Below, one piece after another: positions 37,430 to 52,449 of a stretch of DNA of 64,000 nt. Under the pieces are notes generated by a model. The model did not search any database. It was not told where the DNA came from and saw only the letters and a list, made by a program, of their open reading frames with translations. Every line of letters starts with the position of its first letter. The stretch's first letter is position 1. This stretch comes from Octopus vulgaris (lineage: Eukaryota): the NCBI GenBank assembly GCA_951406725.2, contig OX597814.1, positions 118,296,001-118,360,000 on the forward strand, in the 5' to 3' direction. A program made the translations under genes and the position numbers.

Positions 37430-38015
37430 GCGTAGTAGTGGCTGTGCGGTAACTAGCTTGCTTACCAACTACATGGTTTTGGATTCAGCCCCACTGCGTG
37501 ACACCTTGGGCGAATGTCTTCTACTATAGCCTCAGGCTGACCAAAGACTTGTGAGTAGATTTGGTAGACGGAAACTGAAAGAAGCATGTGATATATATAT
37601 GATTTTGATAACTTCTATAGATTTCGGCCTAGTGAAGTCTTTTAGTCATATACGGGTCACCTTGACTCAGTCTTGCTAAGTGTTATTATTGTTGGAGACA
37701 AATCCTGGTGTAAGTGGTTAGTCTGGGAATCTTTGAAGAAATTTGTCCAGTGAGCTTTTGAATTTTATGGGATTAGTTTCAGTTTTGACGTATTTTGGTA
37801 TGGTATTAAAGAGAGGTGGAGCAGTTGAGCTAAAGTAGGTGTGACGCAATGTTGTTATGTGTTCTGAGTTCGACTCTTGTAGTGGGCGGCTAGTACGGAG
37901 GCCGTGTGTCCTTGTATGTTTATGCGTCTGCTTGTATCCCCCGCCATTTGCTTGTTCGACTACAGGCGGTGCTTCAGCATGGCCGCAGCCAAATGACTGA
38001 AACAAATAAAAGAGA
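37430..38015 (+). mobile_element. SINE family 1 interrupted by an antisense CR1 3' fragment (~37600-37905)
   Basis: Head at 37430-37590 and tail at 37920-38015. The insert encodes FSSTAPPLFNTIPK..FKSSLDKFLQRFPD on the minus strand. Confidence 0.8.
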
Positions 38016-38035
38016 AAACTAAAGAATATATGTGT

Positions 38036-38087
<52 letters not shown>

Positions 38088-38090
<3 letters not shown>

Positions 38091-38378
38091 GGTGCATGGC
38101 TCAGTGGCTAGAGCCACGAGCTTACGATAGTGAGGTTGTGAGTTTGAATCCCGGACCGGGATGCCTGTTGTGTTCTTAAGCAAGACACTTTATTTCACGT
38201 TGCTCCATTGCAGTCAGCTGTAGAAATGTGTTGCGACGTCACTGGGAACAAGCTGTGTCGACCTTCGCTTTTCCCTTGGATAACACTGGCGGCATAGTAA
38301 TCCATGAGCAACCTTACCCGGGAGGGTAAGTTTCTAGGTACAATCCAATGGTTAGACATGACGGAAGGGAGTCTCAGC
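38088..38378 (+). mobile_element. SINE family 3
   Basis: tRNA-like head gaaggtgcatggctcagtgg..gagtttgaatccc, then gttcttaagcaagacactttatttcacgttgctcca. Confidence 0.85.
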
Positions 38379-38388
38379 AATATATGTA

Positions 38389-38437
<49 letters not shown>

Positions 38438-38446
38438 CTCTATCTA

Positions 38447-38489
<43 letters not shown>

Positions 38490-39012
38490 GTGTGTGTGTG
38501 TGTGTGCGTGTGTGCTGTATTGGCGTATATTCGCATAAATACTCACACACGCACACGTTTAGAAAGATACCCAAACGTACAAGAATGCGCAGTACACGCG
38601 CAGAAAAGGTGAAATACACGCACACAGACTGACGCAAAAGGGCATACACACACGCGCGCATATACATATATACAAACTACTCACGCTTCCCGTAGCTTTA
38701 TATACAAACATTCGTACGTTGTGCATTGGCACAAATATACGCCCTCCTCACAGTTGTCCTCCGTGCTCCTCTCGCTTTAAGCATGCCGTGCCTGTCCCAT
38801 AGACACACGTGTGTTTTCTCTCTCTATTTCTTTCTCTTCTCGTCTATTTTTTAAGACAAAGGGTATATGTTCGAAACATAAAATAATTTTTCCTTCGAAA
38901 CCTCCTCTTACTACAGCGTAAATCTAACACAATTTCCTTCTTTACCTCGTCTTCGCTTTATTTATATATTTTGCATTATATATTCTAATAACCATAGCCA
39001 TATATATAAATG

Positions 39013-39077
<65 letters not shown>

Positions 39078-40122
39078 GCGCTTATATATCTGTGCATTAC
39101 ACAACAGATATCTGTGAGTGCTTGCTCCAAGTTTTTGTGCATATAAGTCACATGCAGTAATTTTCTAAATGGAATCTGTTCTACTTAACGATATGATGTC
39201 TTGCAGTTATTTTTGCTCTCGTATTATTTTCTGAATATCTCACGCAGCACAAAACAAATTAACAGTATAATAAAAATAAATTAAACATAGTGTTTTTCAT
39301 TGCGACTAGAAACGAATGTCATTGAACACAATTCAAACTTCGTAATGCATATTTTACTAAATGAAGTAATTCTCAAAATACTCTCGCTTTATAAATATCT
39401 GTTGGGTAATTTTAGATTTGGCCAAGTTGATTTAACTGTTATGCTATCTTACGATGTGTTTATCGTTGTTATATCAGATACCGACTGTGTGTTTGTTCTC
39501 TCTGTATTTTTAGTGTTATAGAAATACACACGACTTAGACTTCACAGCAGATTCTGATGATTATCTGCTGGTCTCCTTTAACCAATAAGCATTGATCGTC
39601 TATTCAAAATAAATCGATATACGTTCATATGAAAACAGCAGCGCAGTTGAGAAATAACTCACTTCTTTTATATCATTAATGTTTTCATGGAGAACATAAA
39701 CCACATAATGGCCTCTATTTACCTTCTATTAAAGTGTAGTAGGTATTTTCATAGGCAAAACGGTACTGGAATAAACTTTGATAGTGATGGGTAATATTGT
39801 TGTAGAAAGATTTTTTGTGTTAATCCGCTATCTAATGTAATCCCATTCCTCACTTTTCTAATTTCAAACCCCATTAAGCTTTATGAACCTACTGAGATTT
39901 TTGTTTCCCTGTCTTTTCCGTGTCCTTTGACTATTCATAATTAAATAATGGAATAGTCTTTTGACAAGAAATATTGGAACGGCTATGAGAAGTTTTCGCA
40001 CAGCCAGTTTCATGCTGCTATATTTGGCGTCGCTGATTTAGCGCTAACATATTTGACTTTAGATATTTAAATATTTTCTAGTTCTCTCCCATCTCTCTCC
40101 CTCCCCCTCTCTCTCTATCTAT

Positions 40123-40280
40123 CGACCCTTAGTCGAGAACAATGTCGGTCGGGGAGTTTGACTGGGGAGGTACATCTGTCAAACTGTAACGCAGGTGTCC
40201 CAAGGCGAGCTCAGCGTGGACGGAAACCACACGTCCAGCAAAAGGGCAAAAGCTCGCTCGATCTCGATTTTCAGTAAGAA
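40123..40280 (+). pseudogene. Isolated 28S rRNA fragment (domain V, P-loop region)
   Basis: ggggagtttgactgggg.ggtaca.ctgtcaaac.gtaacgcaggtgtcc.aaggcgagctcag...aagggcaaaagctcgct.gatct.gattttcagta matches eukaryotic LSU rRNA; there is no flanking rDNA. Confidence 0.92.
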
Positions 40281-40319
40281 AATTATCTATCTACCTAGCT
40301 ATATATTTATCTATCTATT

Positions 40320-40379
<60 letters not shown>

Positions 40380-40649
40380 CCTTGTTTTTACTATGTAAGC
40401 AACTAGTTATATTTGTACGTATGTATAATGTCTCATTCTCCCACTCTCTTTTATTCTTTCTGTCTTCGTGAATATATTACTGCGAGAGCTTGCGAGAGTG
40501 CGTGCGTGTTCTTCTCCAAGTGCCAAACGGAAAGTCGCTAAACAGGTTGAATGTCTAGTCAATTGTGTCAAATCGTTAGGCACCCAAACAGCACCACCCA
40601 ATCACCACATTCCAATTGAAAACACAGTTTGATTTCTTTCTAACACTGC

Positions 40650-41850
40650 AATCTCAACTTAATGGTTTCGAGGTCGGGAAGCCGTGCTACACTGGGAAAT
40701 CTACAACATAAAAACACAGATGATTCCTTTTACAGAATAAAAACGTGGCATTTGGGTATGGAATTTTACTTCTCATTTTATTTATTTAGTTAGGTCGTTT
40801 AGTCAGAAGACATTTGTTTCTGATGCTACACAGCGGATCTGAATTACCACTCAAGTAACTGTTTCATTGACCTCTTAACTACACTGCCTTGTCACTCATT
40901 TTAAAATTAGAGACACGTAGGTAACAATCTTTTTCAGCGGGGAAAGTCATTAGAATAACACTAGCATCTAACGATGAAAAGTGCTAGGGACCTAACGTTT
41001 TTAGAGAACGTTGACAGCATAGTCGAGATCAGATGCTGGGACTTGTTTGTGGGTGGGTGAATGCCAATCAATGCTAATGCTCTTCTCCGGATGCAGCAAG
41101 CTTGTCAAAGATATGGAACATTTGTGGATCACGGCAGAATGTTATTGAGCCTCAGCAAATGCTGGGGGCTGACATATGACCTTGAATATGAAGGCCAGTC
41201 GTTGAGATAAACTCTTAGCAATGTTAACGAAAAGATTTTAGTCTTAGAGAAGCCAAAGATCTGAAACACGCTTGCAGGAAGTAGATAACTGTAACACGTG
41301 GTTATAGTGAGTGTAATACAATAGTATTTTCTTGTTATAAATAGCGCTTGACCAAATTTTCCGGTAGATGAAAATACATTGCTATGGTCCTGTTGGGTGG
41401 TGCACTCGACTATAAAGAAAGATAATTTTTTTTCTTCCCACATAAGTAGTATGCCATGTATTCATGTTTACAACACCCGTAGAATATGATTGAAGTTACC
41501 CCTGTGCCATTTAAATCTGTACTAAATGCAAATCTTTCTTACTATGTAATTCCGAATGTATTGTGCTGTCTTAAGATGTCTATATTCTTGAAAATGTTCA
41601 AGTACCCTAATGATGGCGGAATATAGAGGACACATTTACTAAAACAGAGATATTTTTCATAGTAACTACATCAGAATGACATGCTCGAATATACAGATTG
41701 AAATTGCGGTGACTTTAAATGTCAATATCTATGGTAGTGAAGACAGCCACTTACAATGACACCTTCAACGCACTGTAAGTGTGGAGGAAGTAGAAGCAGT
41801 GCTTTTGCCCAAGGCATCAACAAAATCTTTGCCGATATTTCACTTGCAGT
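40650..41850 (-). mobile_element. Possible very old RTE-like LINE relic
   Basis: Minus-strand ASDLDYAVNV (~41030) resembles DLDYADD; otherwise heavily decayed. Confidence 0.3.
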
Positions 41851-42029
41851 TTATCGACCAAATGTTGTTGCTTAGGTACTTCACTTATCTCTCCTGTCTA
41901 GATCACACTAAGTGATATATATATCTATGTATCTATCTATCTATGTATCTATCTATCTATCTATCTATTTATCTATCTATATGTATATATATATATATAT
42001 ATATATGTATATGTATATATACATATATA

Positions 42030-42128
<99 letters not shown>

Positions 42129-44249
42129 TAATATCCTAAGCAATCCTTCCGTTATTCTTCTACATTGTTCCAAATTAATTTATAAACGATCGGTCGACTG
42201 ATCCAACACCCTCTAGCAGCAAAGCAAACTCCTCCTCCTCCCTACTTCTTATTCTTCCCCTCCTCCTCCCCTCCTCCAATCTTCCTCCTCCTTCCTTCTC
42301 CTTCTTCTTCTTCCTCCTCTCCTCCCTTCTTCTTCTTCATCCTCCTCCTCCTCCTAGCATCCATATTAGACCGTCGTTTATGGGTATTTTTCGCATTTTT
42401 GTATGCTGAATCTATTTCAACCATTACTAAGCAATCTGTTCATGGAATTGTTAAATCATTGATCCTCCCTCATTCTTATTTTCTCTGTCCAGTCAAATTA
42501 GAACTGGATTTTCCGTTTTGTGTATGAAACTATTTCAAAAATTAGATTTTATATTAAAAATGAAATAAATAGTAAAAATAGAATTTATTGGTGTCGGGAG
42601 ACCTTTCTTTTTAATATATGAAATTGCGTTCATGATTACAAACAGTAAAAAATGATATATAAAGTCTGGGGTATGAATACTCTGAGGTAAATATTCAAAA
42701 TATATTTATCTGAAAATACGAAGTCCTTTGCTTTGTTAGTCAACAAACTTTGAATAAAAAGATAAAAATAACAATTATTGGCTGAAGTGTTTCTGTATTA
42801 ATAGCGGTTGTATAAACTTGTTATATATTTCCAGAGTGTTTATTACATTTCCACTAAACAATTATTCCTACAATGTATATTGTATCCTGGTTTGAAGCTA
42901 TTTTACTTCATTCATGAGAATAGTGTTAGAGGAAAAGAAACGATCATGAAATATCATATCTTTCATTTTATTAAAATAAATGAGACTTGGTGCCCACTCA
43001 AAAAGAAATAATATTTTTAAGCCACAAATTATATTCTGAAATACCTTCCGTTAATCAGAATAGATTTTATTCTAGATTTTGCATTGAAAACTGAAGTAAC
43101 AGACGTGTCAATGTTTCGTTAATTTAAAATAAACTTTTTTTCTCATGATTTATGATTTTATACCATATTTTCTACCTGATATCTTGAAGAATATTGAAAT
43201 ATTTTTCGTGATTTTGAATTATAATATAGAAGATTTTATCAGCTAAAATTCAAAATTCATAGTTTTGCACATAAATTACCAGATCTCTATAGAGGTTTGT
43301 ACGCATGCAAATTAGTATTTAATATTCCTATATGTTATAAGGGCAATGCAAAAAGATGCACCAAATATGATACTGTACTTAGATATTGCTTTCTACGTTC
43401 AAAGTTTCTTAACTCCATTCATGATATATTATTGTGGTCATGCACGGGAAAATGGACTTAAGATACCGAACATTGCCTGGTGGCGTACATTAGACATTAG
43501 AAAATATATCCTGACTGTACTCCTGACAAGCTTAAGCTAATTCTTACATTAAGCGAATATTCTAGCAATAAATGTTCATGTTTTAAACCTCTATCCTCGC
43601 ACTGGTCTATAGAATATTAGATCAGCTTAATGAAGTATACCTCCCAAAAATATTCAAGGTTTTATATTCATGTTAGAATTTAGTATTGTCATTATGAATT
43701 TTAAAAAAAAACTTGTTGAAGCTCTTACGTAAATATGGTTAAATAGAAATATACTTCGTGAAAAAAACATACAACTGAGAAAGCCACAAACCGATAAATA
43801 TACAAACAACGAAGTTGATATGAAAAGAATACGATAATGCACATGTTAGAAGATTGGAAGGTGAGATGATTTTTAGGCCTAGCTCCCTTGCTCATATATT
43901 GTTGTGTGTATCTCCATAATTTTATGGCTTTTCCAGTTGTTAATAGTTATATCTTTATCTCTCTTCCCTTCTTTTCAAATCAAAGAAAAGACTAAATAAT
44001 ATATGTTTTTTTTTTTTATTTCTTAAATGAAATTAGATAAACCAATTTTAAGATAATTTCAAGTTATGACCTGCAGAAGAGTTCCGAGACTGGATGAACT
44101 AGTGCTATCGACGACTACCAGAGACTTTAAGGACCACATATCAGGAAAAATGCAATTATAATGGGAATAAATGTATACATTTTCCAATCTTTGATAATGA
44201 TTTCACAACATAGATAAAATAAACTGAGAAGCGATTTTCCCCAAATAAT

Positions 44250-45150
44250 TAGCACTCTCTCCTCTTCATTAGCAATTCTCAGTCATTCCATCATTTTTCA
44301 ATCACACTTTCTGAAGAACCTGCTACTCTTCTAGCGAATTATAGCTCATTTGTGCAGCTGGTGTTTGGTCATACAGTATTACAAGAATACAATATGGCAG
44401 TTCTCCTCTATTTTGTTCGGTACACTCCGTAACTTGTATATTGCAACTAAATGGGTTTTTCTGTCTTGTTTTTCTTCGTGTCCATTGTGCAGTGTCGCAC
44501 AGGAGTTTTACTTTTTAGATTAGTATTTGAATGGACAAATGAGAGATGATATCTGCTGCGATAGGGAACATTGAAGCATATACTGTGTGTTAATCTTAGC
44601 TATTCTTTTGGTACAGAAATGTTGCCAAATCTGTAATGTTAAGAGCAACTAAGCGAATTGTCAGGGATTTTTTTCGGACTAACAGTACTAACATTTGAGG
44701 AAATTTCCACGGAACTTAGCTTGTATTATTTTAAGGAGGTGAATAATACTGTTCAAGATAGGACTTTTGCACAGACGTCCTTGATAGATGGTTTTGTATT
44801 TCTCCTTGCTTCATTATTATTCGCCTATGTTATTTGCAGATGTGGCTTAGCATTTGTACTGGCGTTTACGCCTCGGCATCCGTTTTAAAGACAGCATATG
44901 GATCCATAACTTTATGGTCACAGCAAAAAAACGGTTAATTTCTTTTCTAGCAAGTGCTTTGTCCACCAATTTCTCGGATGCGACAAATATAAGCTCAACA
45001 GTCTGGTAGAAAACAAGTACATTAAGATCGAATCATTTCTTACTTGAAAGTATAATTGTAAACGGTGAAGATTTTTTAGCATTGTCGACGCTTCCATTGA
45101 CCTAACATGTCTGCTGTATGTCTGTTGTAGCTGTTGTTTTCAAATGTATC
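44250..45150 (-). mobile_element. piggyBac-like transposase relic
   Basis: Minus-strand NITD.., KVKLL, KTEKPI*LQY..GV..YSC echo PGBD4-type motifs. Confidence 0.4.
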
Positions 45151-46099
45151 GCCTGTAGTGCTATGTTTTCAACTTTTCTGAAATGTCATTATTTTTCTTC
45201 ATTTTATAATTTTTTACGAATATATTGATATATTATTTACATTTTGTGAATTTTTTGTTTGTTTACTGTTTTACTCTGTTCAATGTAATCTCTTCTGGGA
45301 GGCGGCTCTCATATAGTTGGAAGCCATTATTGACGTGAAGTTATACTGTGAAGCAAACAAACATGAAATTATTAAAATATTGACCTTATGGTTTATAATT
45401 GTACTTACCCTAGAGAAAATGGTCGTTTTTTATTACCATTTTTATTTCACCGCAAACATTAATGATAATAAAGGTAAACAATAAGAAGAGCACGGTACGG
45501 TTCGGAATAGAGACTGGGTTTGTTTATTGAGTTGAACAAATGAAACAATATTTCGACAGATTGTCTGTCTTGTTCGGGTTCAAAATGTAAAATGATAAAA
45601 CAAAAACGCAGAGAAAAAAAAATTAAATTGTAAAGGAGAATGTCTTGCAACCCTTTTTAGCAAAAATGCCATCGCTAGTTTTCCCTTTTTCATAACGGGT
45701 AAAAGGAAAAAGGAATAAAATTAAAGAAAACGAAATAAAAAAAACAGAAGGGAAAGAGGACACTTTCATCAACGTATTGTGTTCCTTGTATGAAATAGGA
45801 AACGATAATGAAAAGTGATTTTCAATATTACAATTGGTTACATAGATTTGATTCAGGAACGATATTTTACCGTGTGAAATGCTGGCGTCACCTATACACA
45901 TGCTTTGTAAACTGAACAGTCATTCTTGATGTAATCGTAGTAAAAATATATTTAATCAATTACTTCAACAAAGTGACACTATTTCATCCCATACTAAATG
46001 AATGACATAGACCTTCATTGGTTGAAATCATGACTGATGACAAACCAGAGAATGCTCAGCTCATTAGTCGGGTATAGAATATATTAAAGATGTTAGTAA

Positions 46100-47200
46100 T
46101 GTAAGTGGAAGATATAAAGTGAGTGATAAAACATTAAACTATAATATTAAAAAAGTGAACGAAACTATATTATGGAAGATACCCGATTGTGGAGGTGGTA
46201 AGGCGACCGAAACTTTGGAGAGAGTATTAAAACAACCTAAACGAGATAGTAATCCGAATACAGACAAACCTACAGGATATTAAAAAAATCGGCAATACAA
46301 AAAGAAAGAAAGAACTAAAAGAAATTGACAATGTGATTGCGAGTGTGCCACTTATATTTCGCCTGGCAGTAAATGGCTTATACAAGCGTAAGTGTATAAA
46401 AAATAGCGTTGGCTACAAAGCAGGTAAACCAGAAATGAACAGAAAGATACTTTGGTGGAATAAATGGACAGAAAATGCTATCAGGATATTGAGAATGGAC
46501 GGCTGTCAAGTACAACTTTTTTTATATGGAAGCGCTGTGAAAAGCGAAAGTCTCGTTAAAATAGAGAAAAGAATGGCGAGAAAGAACTTTAGAACTAAAA
46601 TGGTCCGGCAAATAAAATCGGTAAAATTAGCCAAGTTAAAAGGAAAAGAAGAATTTCAGCAGGAGAGATAGTTGCAAAAGAATTAAAACAATTGAATATA
46701 TGGAGGACACAAATGTGACATAGGGAAGCATAAAATTTGGAGTGTTGCATGGAGAAGGAAAGATGTAGTCAATGAGAGACTTGGATGGTTCGAAGGCACA
46801 GAAATTGAATTAAAAGAAGTGAAAATAATGTTGAGTTGGTAGACATTTAGGAACTCATTGAGACCGCGCTAGTAAATAATCTAATCGGAAGAGACCTATA
46901 TGGAAGTTCTGGTATATTTTGGGCAGAGCAACATTCTCGCAATTACTGATAAATTTCCCTGGTAGAATTATCACAAATAGGGTGACTAATGCTAAAACAC
47001 AGTTTCTCATGGAAAAACAAATCAGAAATATCTTGAGGTCTTTAGCAGTAGTACTAAAGAAATTGTTTAGAATATGTTTGAGGATTAGAACAATACCTAT
47101 GTAGAAGAATAAAACTTATTTTAAAATGAACAAGAGCAAGGACGTCATAGAATTTCTAAGGCAACAGGATCCAAAATATTAATCAATTGAAAGATCAAAG
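46100..47200 (+). mobile_element. Possible decayed Dong/R4-like LINE, N-terminal region
   Basis: Purine-rich plus strand with remnants resembling FWxxIW and NWKxPG motifs; very degenerate. Confidence 0.3.
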
Positions 47201-48929
47201 GAAATTAGAAGAGGAGACCAACTGGTTCAGTGACGGAGTAAATACATAGCAAATATGCATATGGCATAGTGTTCTCTCGATTTTCAAGACACTCGAATTT
47301 TTCAAACGTGCAACTAGCATCATAGAACTGATGTCCCTCCAGGGAACACGATATCTTCTTCGAATACCTTACAGAGACTGCAACTTGATGTGTTTGGTAA
47401 GATACATGCATCGTTCCAGCCCTTACAAATCACTCCAACACGATTTGAGGAACAGAGTTTTGCTATTTGCGTTGAAGTGCTAGTTCTCATTTGCTACAGC
47501 GCAAATTACATTTAATTAGCTGCACAATTGCGTCATGAGGTCTACGAAAAATTTTCCATTGCTCGAATGACTGGATTTTCTGTAGTCTTACACCACTGTG
47601 TGAATTATATGCAATAGGCGAGATCTTTTAGGGGAGGCCTTTAATTTGTAGCCTCAGCTACATGTTTATGTAGCTAGGGACACATTTTACAGACATATTC
47701 TTTTAATCTCTAATCTTTGGTTACCTTACTTTCGTATAACACTAATAAGCAACGATCTGAAGGTGAAATTTTCTGGCTCATACTAATAATTCTATAATCT
47801 TATTCCCTAGGCATATGTAGATAAATCAGAGTACTTTTCATTTGCGAATATGAGAGTGGATTTCCACTGCAAGTGAGATGCCTTGAAGCCTCTCGTTAAC
47901 ATTCCCTGCTAAATGCTTGGCATTCGTAATACGAAGGATACCTATGTATATTTCTCTAAAGCACATTTCTTTCGTGTTTTAATTACTCATCTATTTTTAG
48001 CAAATGCACAATTATAATTTACCATTTTTCTGTTTGTAAATTCCAGTTCTCAAGTCACTGCAAAGGAAGCCCTAATGTTGATTCTCCGGAAGAGAAATTC
48101 CGCTTATGATGGCCAATTGGTTTTCTTCCAGAGAGGTAAATTCAAATATTCTACGTGTTACATATTAGAACTGGCAGTTTCTATAATAGCGGTACAGATC
48201 CCATCCATATATTTACCGCTTTTGCTGCGTTTTTTTTGTCCTTTTCCTTTTTTTTCTAGTACCGCAGCAAATACATTAATGTTAGTTGCGGTGGCGGTGG
48301 ATGTAGAGGAAAATATAATTCTTTATGAAATTAAAGTAATGTGTCGGGGAACGGCTTGACAAATTGTTTTTGGTGAAAGAACAAAGATGGCGGATGTTTT
48401 GGTTTCCTGATATTTAGGTGGCGTCCGATGAGCGTTTGTATTTGATAAAATATTGTTTCCTTTAGAAGAGTAGTCTATCTTGGAATCTTCGTGAACGTTT
48501 GATCTCATTATTGTAACGTCTGCTTGTTACTAAAATTTCATGGCTGTTGTTCTAGCTCCAGTGTATTTTATTGTGGATGTATTCGTTGTGTGGACAACAT
48601 TGATTAGGTTGTCATGTCATTAATTCCAACTTTTCTCTATCATCAGGCAGAAATCCATTAAGTTGTTTTCCTGCTTTGCAGGACACAAACCACATCTCTC
48701 CTGCCTCCTCCAAGTTGAACAATTTAGAAATATCACTGTATGTTGTCATGTTCTGTAAATATCTGCGACTCCGTGAGCGTTCCCGCCAAATTATGATGTG
48801 TTATGAAATTAAGGTGCAGGACATCCAATTATTATTTGGCCCTATCATATTCTGGAATGCTTTCGTTATATTCTTGTTATTTTTACAGTGCCACTTACCA
48901 AAGGGAGGGGCTTGGCCACACATTCTTCG

Positions 48930-49070
48930 TTTTCTTTTATTCTTTTACTTGTTTCAATCATTTGACTGAGGCTATGCTGCAGCACCGTCTTTAGTGGAAC
49001 AAATCGAACCCTGGGCTTAATAATTTTAAGCCTAGTACTTATCCTATCGTCCACATTTTTCCGAACCGCT
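48930..49070 (-). mobile_element. SINE family 1 tail
   Basis: cttttacttgtttcaatcatttgactgaggctatgctgcagcacc. Confidence 0.8.
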
Positions 49071-49824
49071 TTATGTAAATTTTGAGGTAAACTTTGAGGC
49101 AATTTGCCACCGGGTGAGTGTAAGGGATGTTCCGATGAAAAACAAGAAAGCAAAACTATCGAAAATTTGATAAAACGAAAATTAAATTTGAATCAAATTA
49201 AGTGGAATTAAGTGAGTCTGGTATTTTTTCCAGCTTAGATAATATCTGCTAATAAGCTTCGGTCTCAATGGACCGTCTCAGTAAAGTATAATTAAAGACA
49301 AAAAACGCTGCCTAATCACAATACAAATGAGCTAGATTATATAGTTTAGCTAAAAAATATGAACTAGTTCTTAGATAATTTAAAATACTATCAGTGGAAA
49401 TACTCTAGAGTGACTACTTTGTGGAGAGCATATTATTACGTTCAGATGATAGTAACTAAATGGCCAACGAAAAGCAATTTACAATTATTTGAAATTAATA
49501 CTAATCGGAAATTCTTTAGCATTACATACAATTATTCTCGCTAGTGTCGAAAGGAGGCAACAGAAAAAATTAATTTGACCAACAACAAAATTATATTTTT
49601 GAACGGCGGAAAATGCTTGAGCCTCCGGATATCTGTGTAAAGGAATAATGTTCGTAGTTATAATGCTAGTTACCTGAGGACAAACCATGTCTGGAGCATA
49701 ATTTAATTCCAAGTTTGGTGAACAATTATTTTGAAGTTTTCTTCCTTGATTTGTTTTAAAATAATGTTAGTTAGACTCATATAAAAGTGTTGTGTTTAGT
49801 ATAGCCACAATATACAGACCGATA

Positions 49825-50413
49825 GCTGGCGGAAACGTTAGCACGCCGGGCGAAATGTTGAGCGGTATTTCGTCTGCCGTAACGTCCTGAGTTCCGCCGA
49901 CGTCGACTTTGACTTTCATCCTTTCGGGGTCGATAAATTAAGTACCAGTTACGCACTGGGGTCGATATAATCTGCTTAATCCGTCTGTCTGTCCTTGTTT
50001 GTCTCCTCTGTGTTTAGCCCCTTGTGGGTAGTAAAGAAATAGGTATTTCGCCTGCCGTTACGTTCTGAATTTAAATTCCCCGTAGGTCGACTTTGCCTTT
50101 CATACAGTCAATAAGTCCATTAAATAAGTACCAGTTACGCATTGGGGTCGATATAATCGACTTAATCCGTTTGTCTGTCTCTGTACGCCCCCTCTGTGTG
50201 TAGCCGCTTGTGGGCAGTAAAGAAATACGAAATGTTAGCACACCGGGTGAAATGCTTAGCGGTATTTCGTCTGCCGATACGTTCGGAGTTCAAATTTCGC
50301 CGAGGTCTCTTTTGCCTTTCATCCTTTCGGGGTCGATTAAGCAAGTACCAGTTACACACTTTGTGTGTCTTTGTCCCATCTATGTTTCGCCCCTTGTGGG
50401 CAATAAAGAAATG
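49825..50413 (+). mobile_element. Trimeric SINE family 2 array
   Basis: Three units; flanking aatatacagaccgata (49809-24) and aatatacggatcaata (50414-29) look like a degenerate TSD. Confidence 0.88.
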
Positions 50414-50836
50414 AATATACGGATCAATATTTAAACCCCGATATGTATTGATATGTGTAATGCTAGTTAGCACGTGTTAATGTAACATTTTCCACCAACA
50501 AATAATTATGGTAGAGCAACAGTTGTATTGTTAAAATTGTCTTATGTACTTCAAGAAACTTGGCTGAAATTATAGAAGGGCATAATACAATTTAGTTAAG
50601 AGAGATTGTTGAATGGATTTATCCATACTATTTAATACTGATAATAGGAATGCTACGAGCAGAAATAATTATAATGGTAATAATATTAATAACAGTGGAA
50701 TGGTGATGGTACTAATACAAATGATGACGGAATTCAGCGATACTAATAAACATAGCAATAATAAGCTGTCCTACACACAGTTAGCTCATCATTTTTCAGT
50801 ACATTCGTTTACTTATGAATCTCGCTTGAAATCGAG

Positions 50837-51192
<356 letters not shown>

Positions 51193-51299
51193 TAAATTAT
51201 GATGATGATATACTATCATAGTTATTATTGTACTAATAGCCTTCCATAGTCGCATTCTCTCCCTAACATTTAACGCCTTCGCGTTTGTTTATAGATATT

Positions 51300-51865
51300 C
51301 GTTTCAAATCTATTGACAAGGACAGACATTTTGGGGGAGGAGGCCAGTCGATTAGATCGACCCCAGTACGCAGTTGGTACTTAATTTATCGACCGGGAAA
51401 GGATGAAAGGCAAAATTCGACCTCGGCAGAATTTGAACTCAGAACACAAAGAGAGAAGAAATACCTATTTTTTTACTACCCACCAGGGGCTAAATACAGA
51501 GAGGACAAACAAGGACAGACAAACGGATTAAGTCGATTATATCAACCCCAGTGCGTAATTGATACTTATTTAATCGACCCCGAAAGGATGAAAGTCAAAG
51601 TCGACCTCGGCGAAATTTGAACACAGAACGTAACGACAGAAGAAATACCGCTAAGCATTTCGCCCAGCGTGCTAACTCAATACCTAATATTCTTTTCTAA
51701 TCTAGGCACAAGGGTCGAAACTTTAGGGGAGAGGGCCAGTCGATTAGATCGACCCCATTGCGCAACTGGATATTAATTTATCAACCCCAAAAGTATGAAA
51801 GGCAAAGTCGATCTCGGTGGAATTTGCGCCCAGAACGTAGAGACAGACGAAATACCGCTAAGCAT
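51300..51865 (-). mobile_element. SINE family 2 cluster (dimer plus monomer)
   Basis: Three copies of gatgaaag.caaa..tcga.ctcgg. Confidence 0.88.
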
Positions 51866-52449
51866 ACCGAATATTAACAATGGAATGAGAGCATTTCAAA
51901 CGAAACATCTCTTAATAAGTGGCTTAACGGCTTCTGTAATTGTAAAAATTATCTTCAATGTTCACTGTATAGCAAACTCTTAAGAAAGGACTTAGTATGT
52001 AAGTGTTCTGTAACAACAGGAGAATGTACTTAGTATTATATAGGTGCCTAAGGAACTAACTTGAAGTTGAGATTATACATTCCTGTATTTCGTTAAACTT
52101 AGTAAAATAAAGTTTCATTTCTTTAAGTGAATTCCTATGGACCTTAAGGCAAGGAATGTTAGGTACGATATTAAATGTACAATAAGTACTCCACAACCTT
52201 ATAACCGTATTAAATGAAACCATATTAAATAAAAGAAATGAATTAATGTTAACATATTCAGACTTATTTAGAAGAACACTCTTTCAAAACCTCCCTAATA
52301 TTGGTGCATCCACATATAGTAAGTTAGCCCTCTTTGTTAAGCATACAGAGTTTGGTGAACTGAATATGCTTAACATACTGAAAAGAGATTTTCATTTCAT
52401 TAAAATATTTCTACTTAACTTTCTAATTATTAGTTTCAAATGTTGACAA

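Larger units (their letters stand above)
39130..46075 (+). pseudogene. Decayed Toll-like receptor pseudogene E
   Basis: SLRLETNVIE..LKILSLYKYLLGNFRFG (ORF 39300-39521), ISTITKQSVHGIVKSL (~42415), ILYLDIA and WRTLDIRK (ORF 43346-43540), cap LTLSEYSSNKCSCF..HW (~43545), TM YIVVCISIILWLFQLLIVISLSLF (43895-43966). Weak TIR-like tail at 45770-46075. Confidence 0.6.

Noticed and set aside
45405-45702. Possible MITE (ttaccc ... gggtaa)
   Set aside because: The inverted match is too short and imperfect to support.
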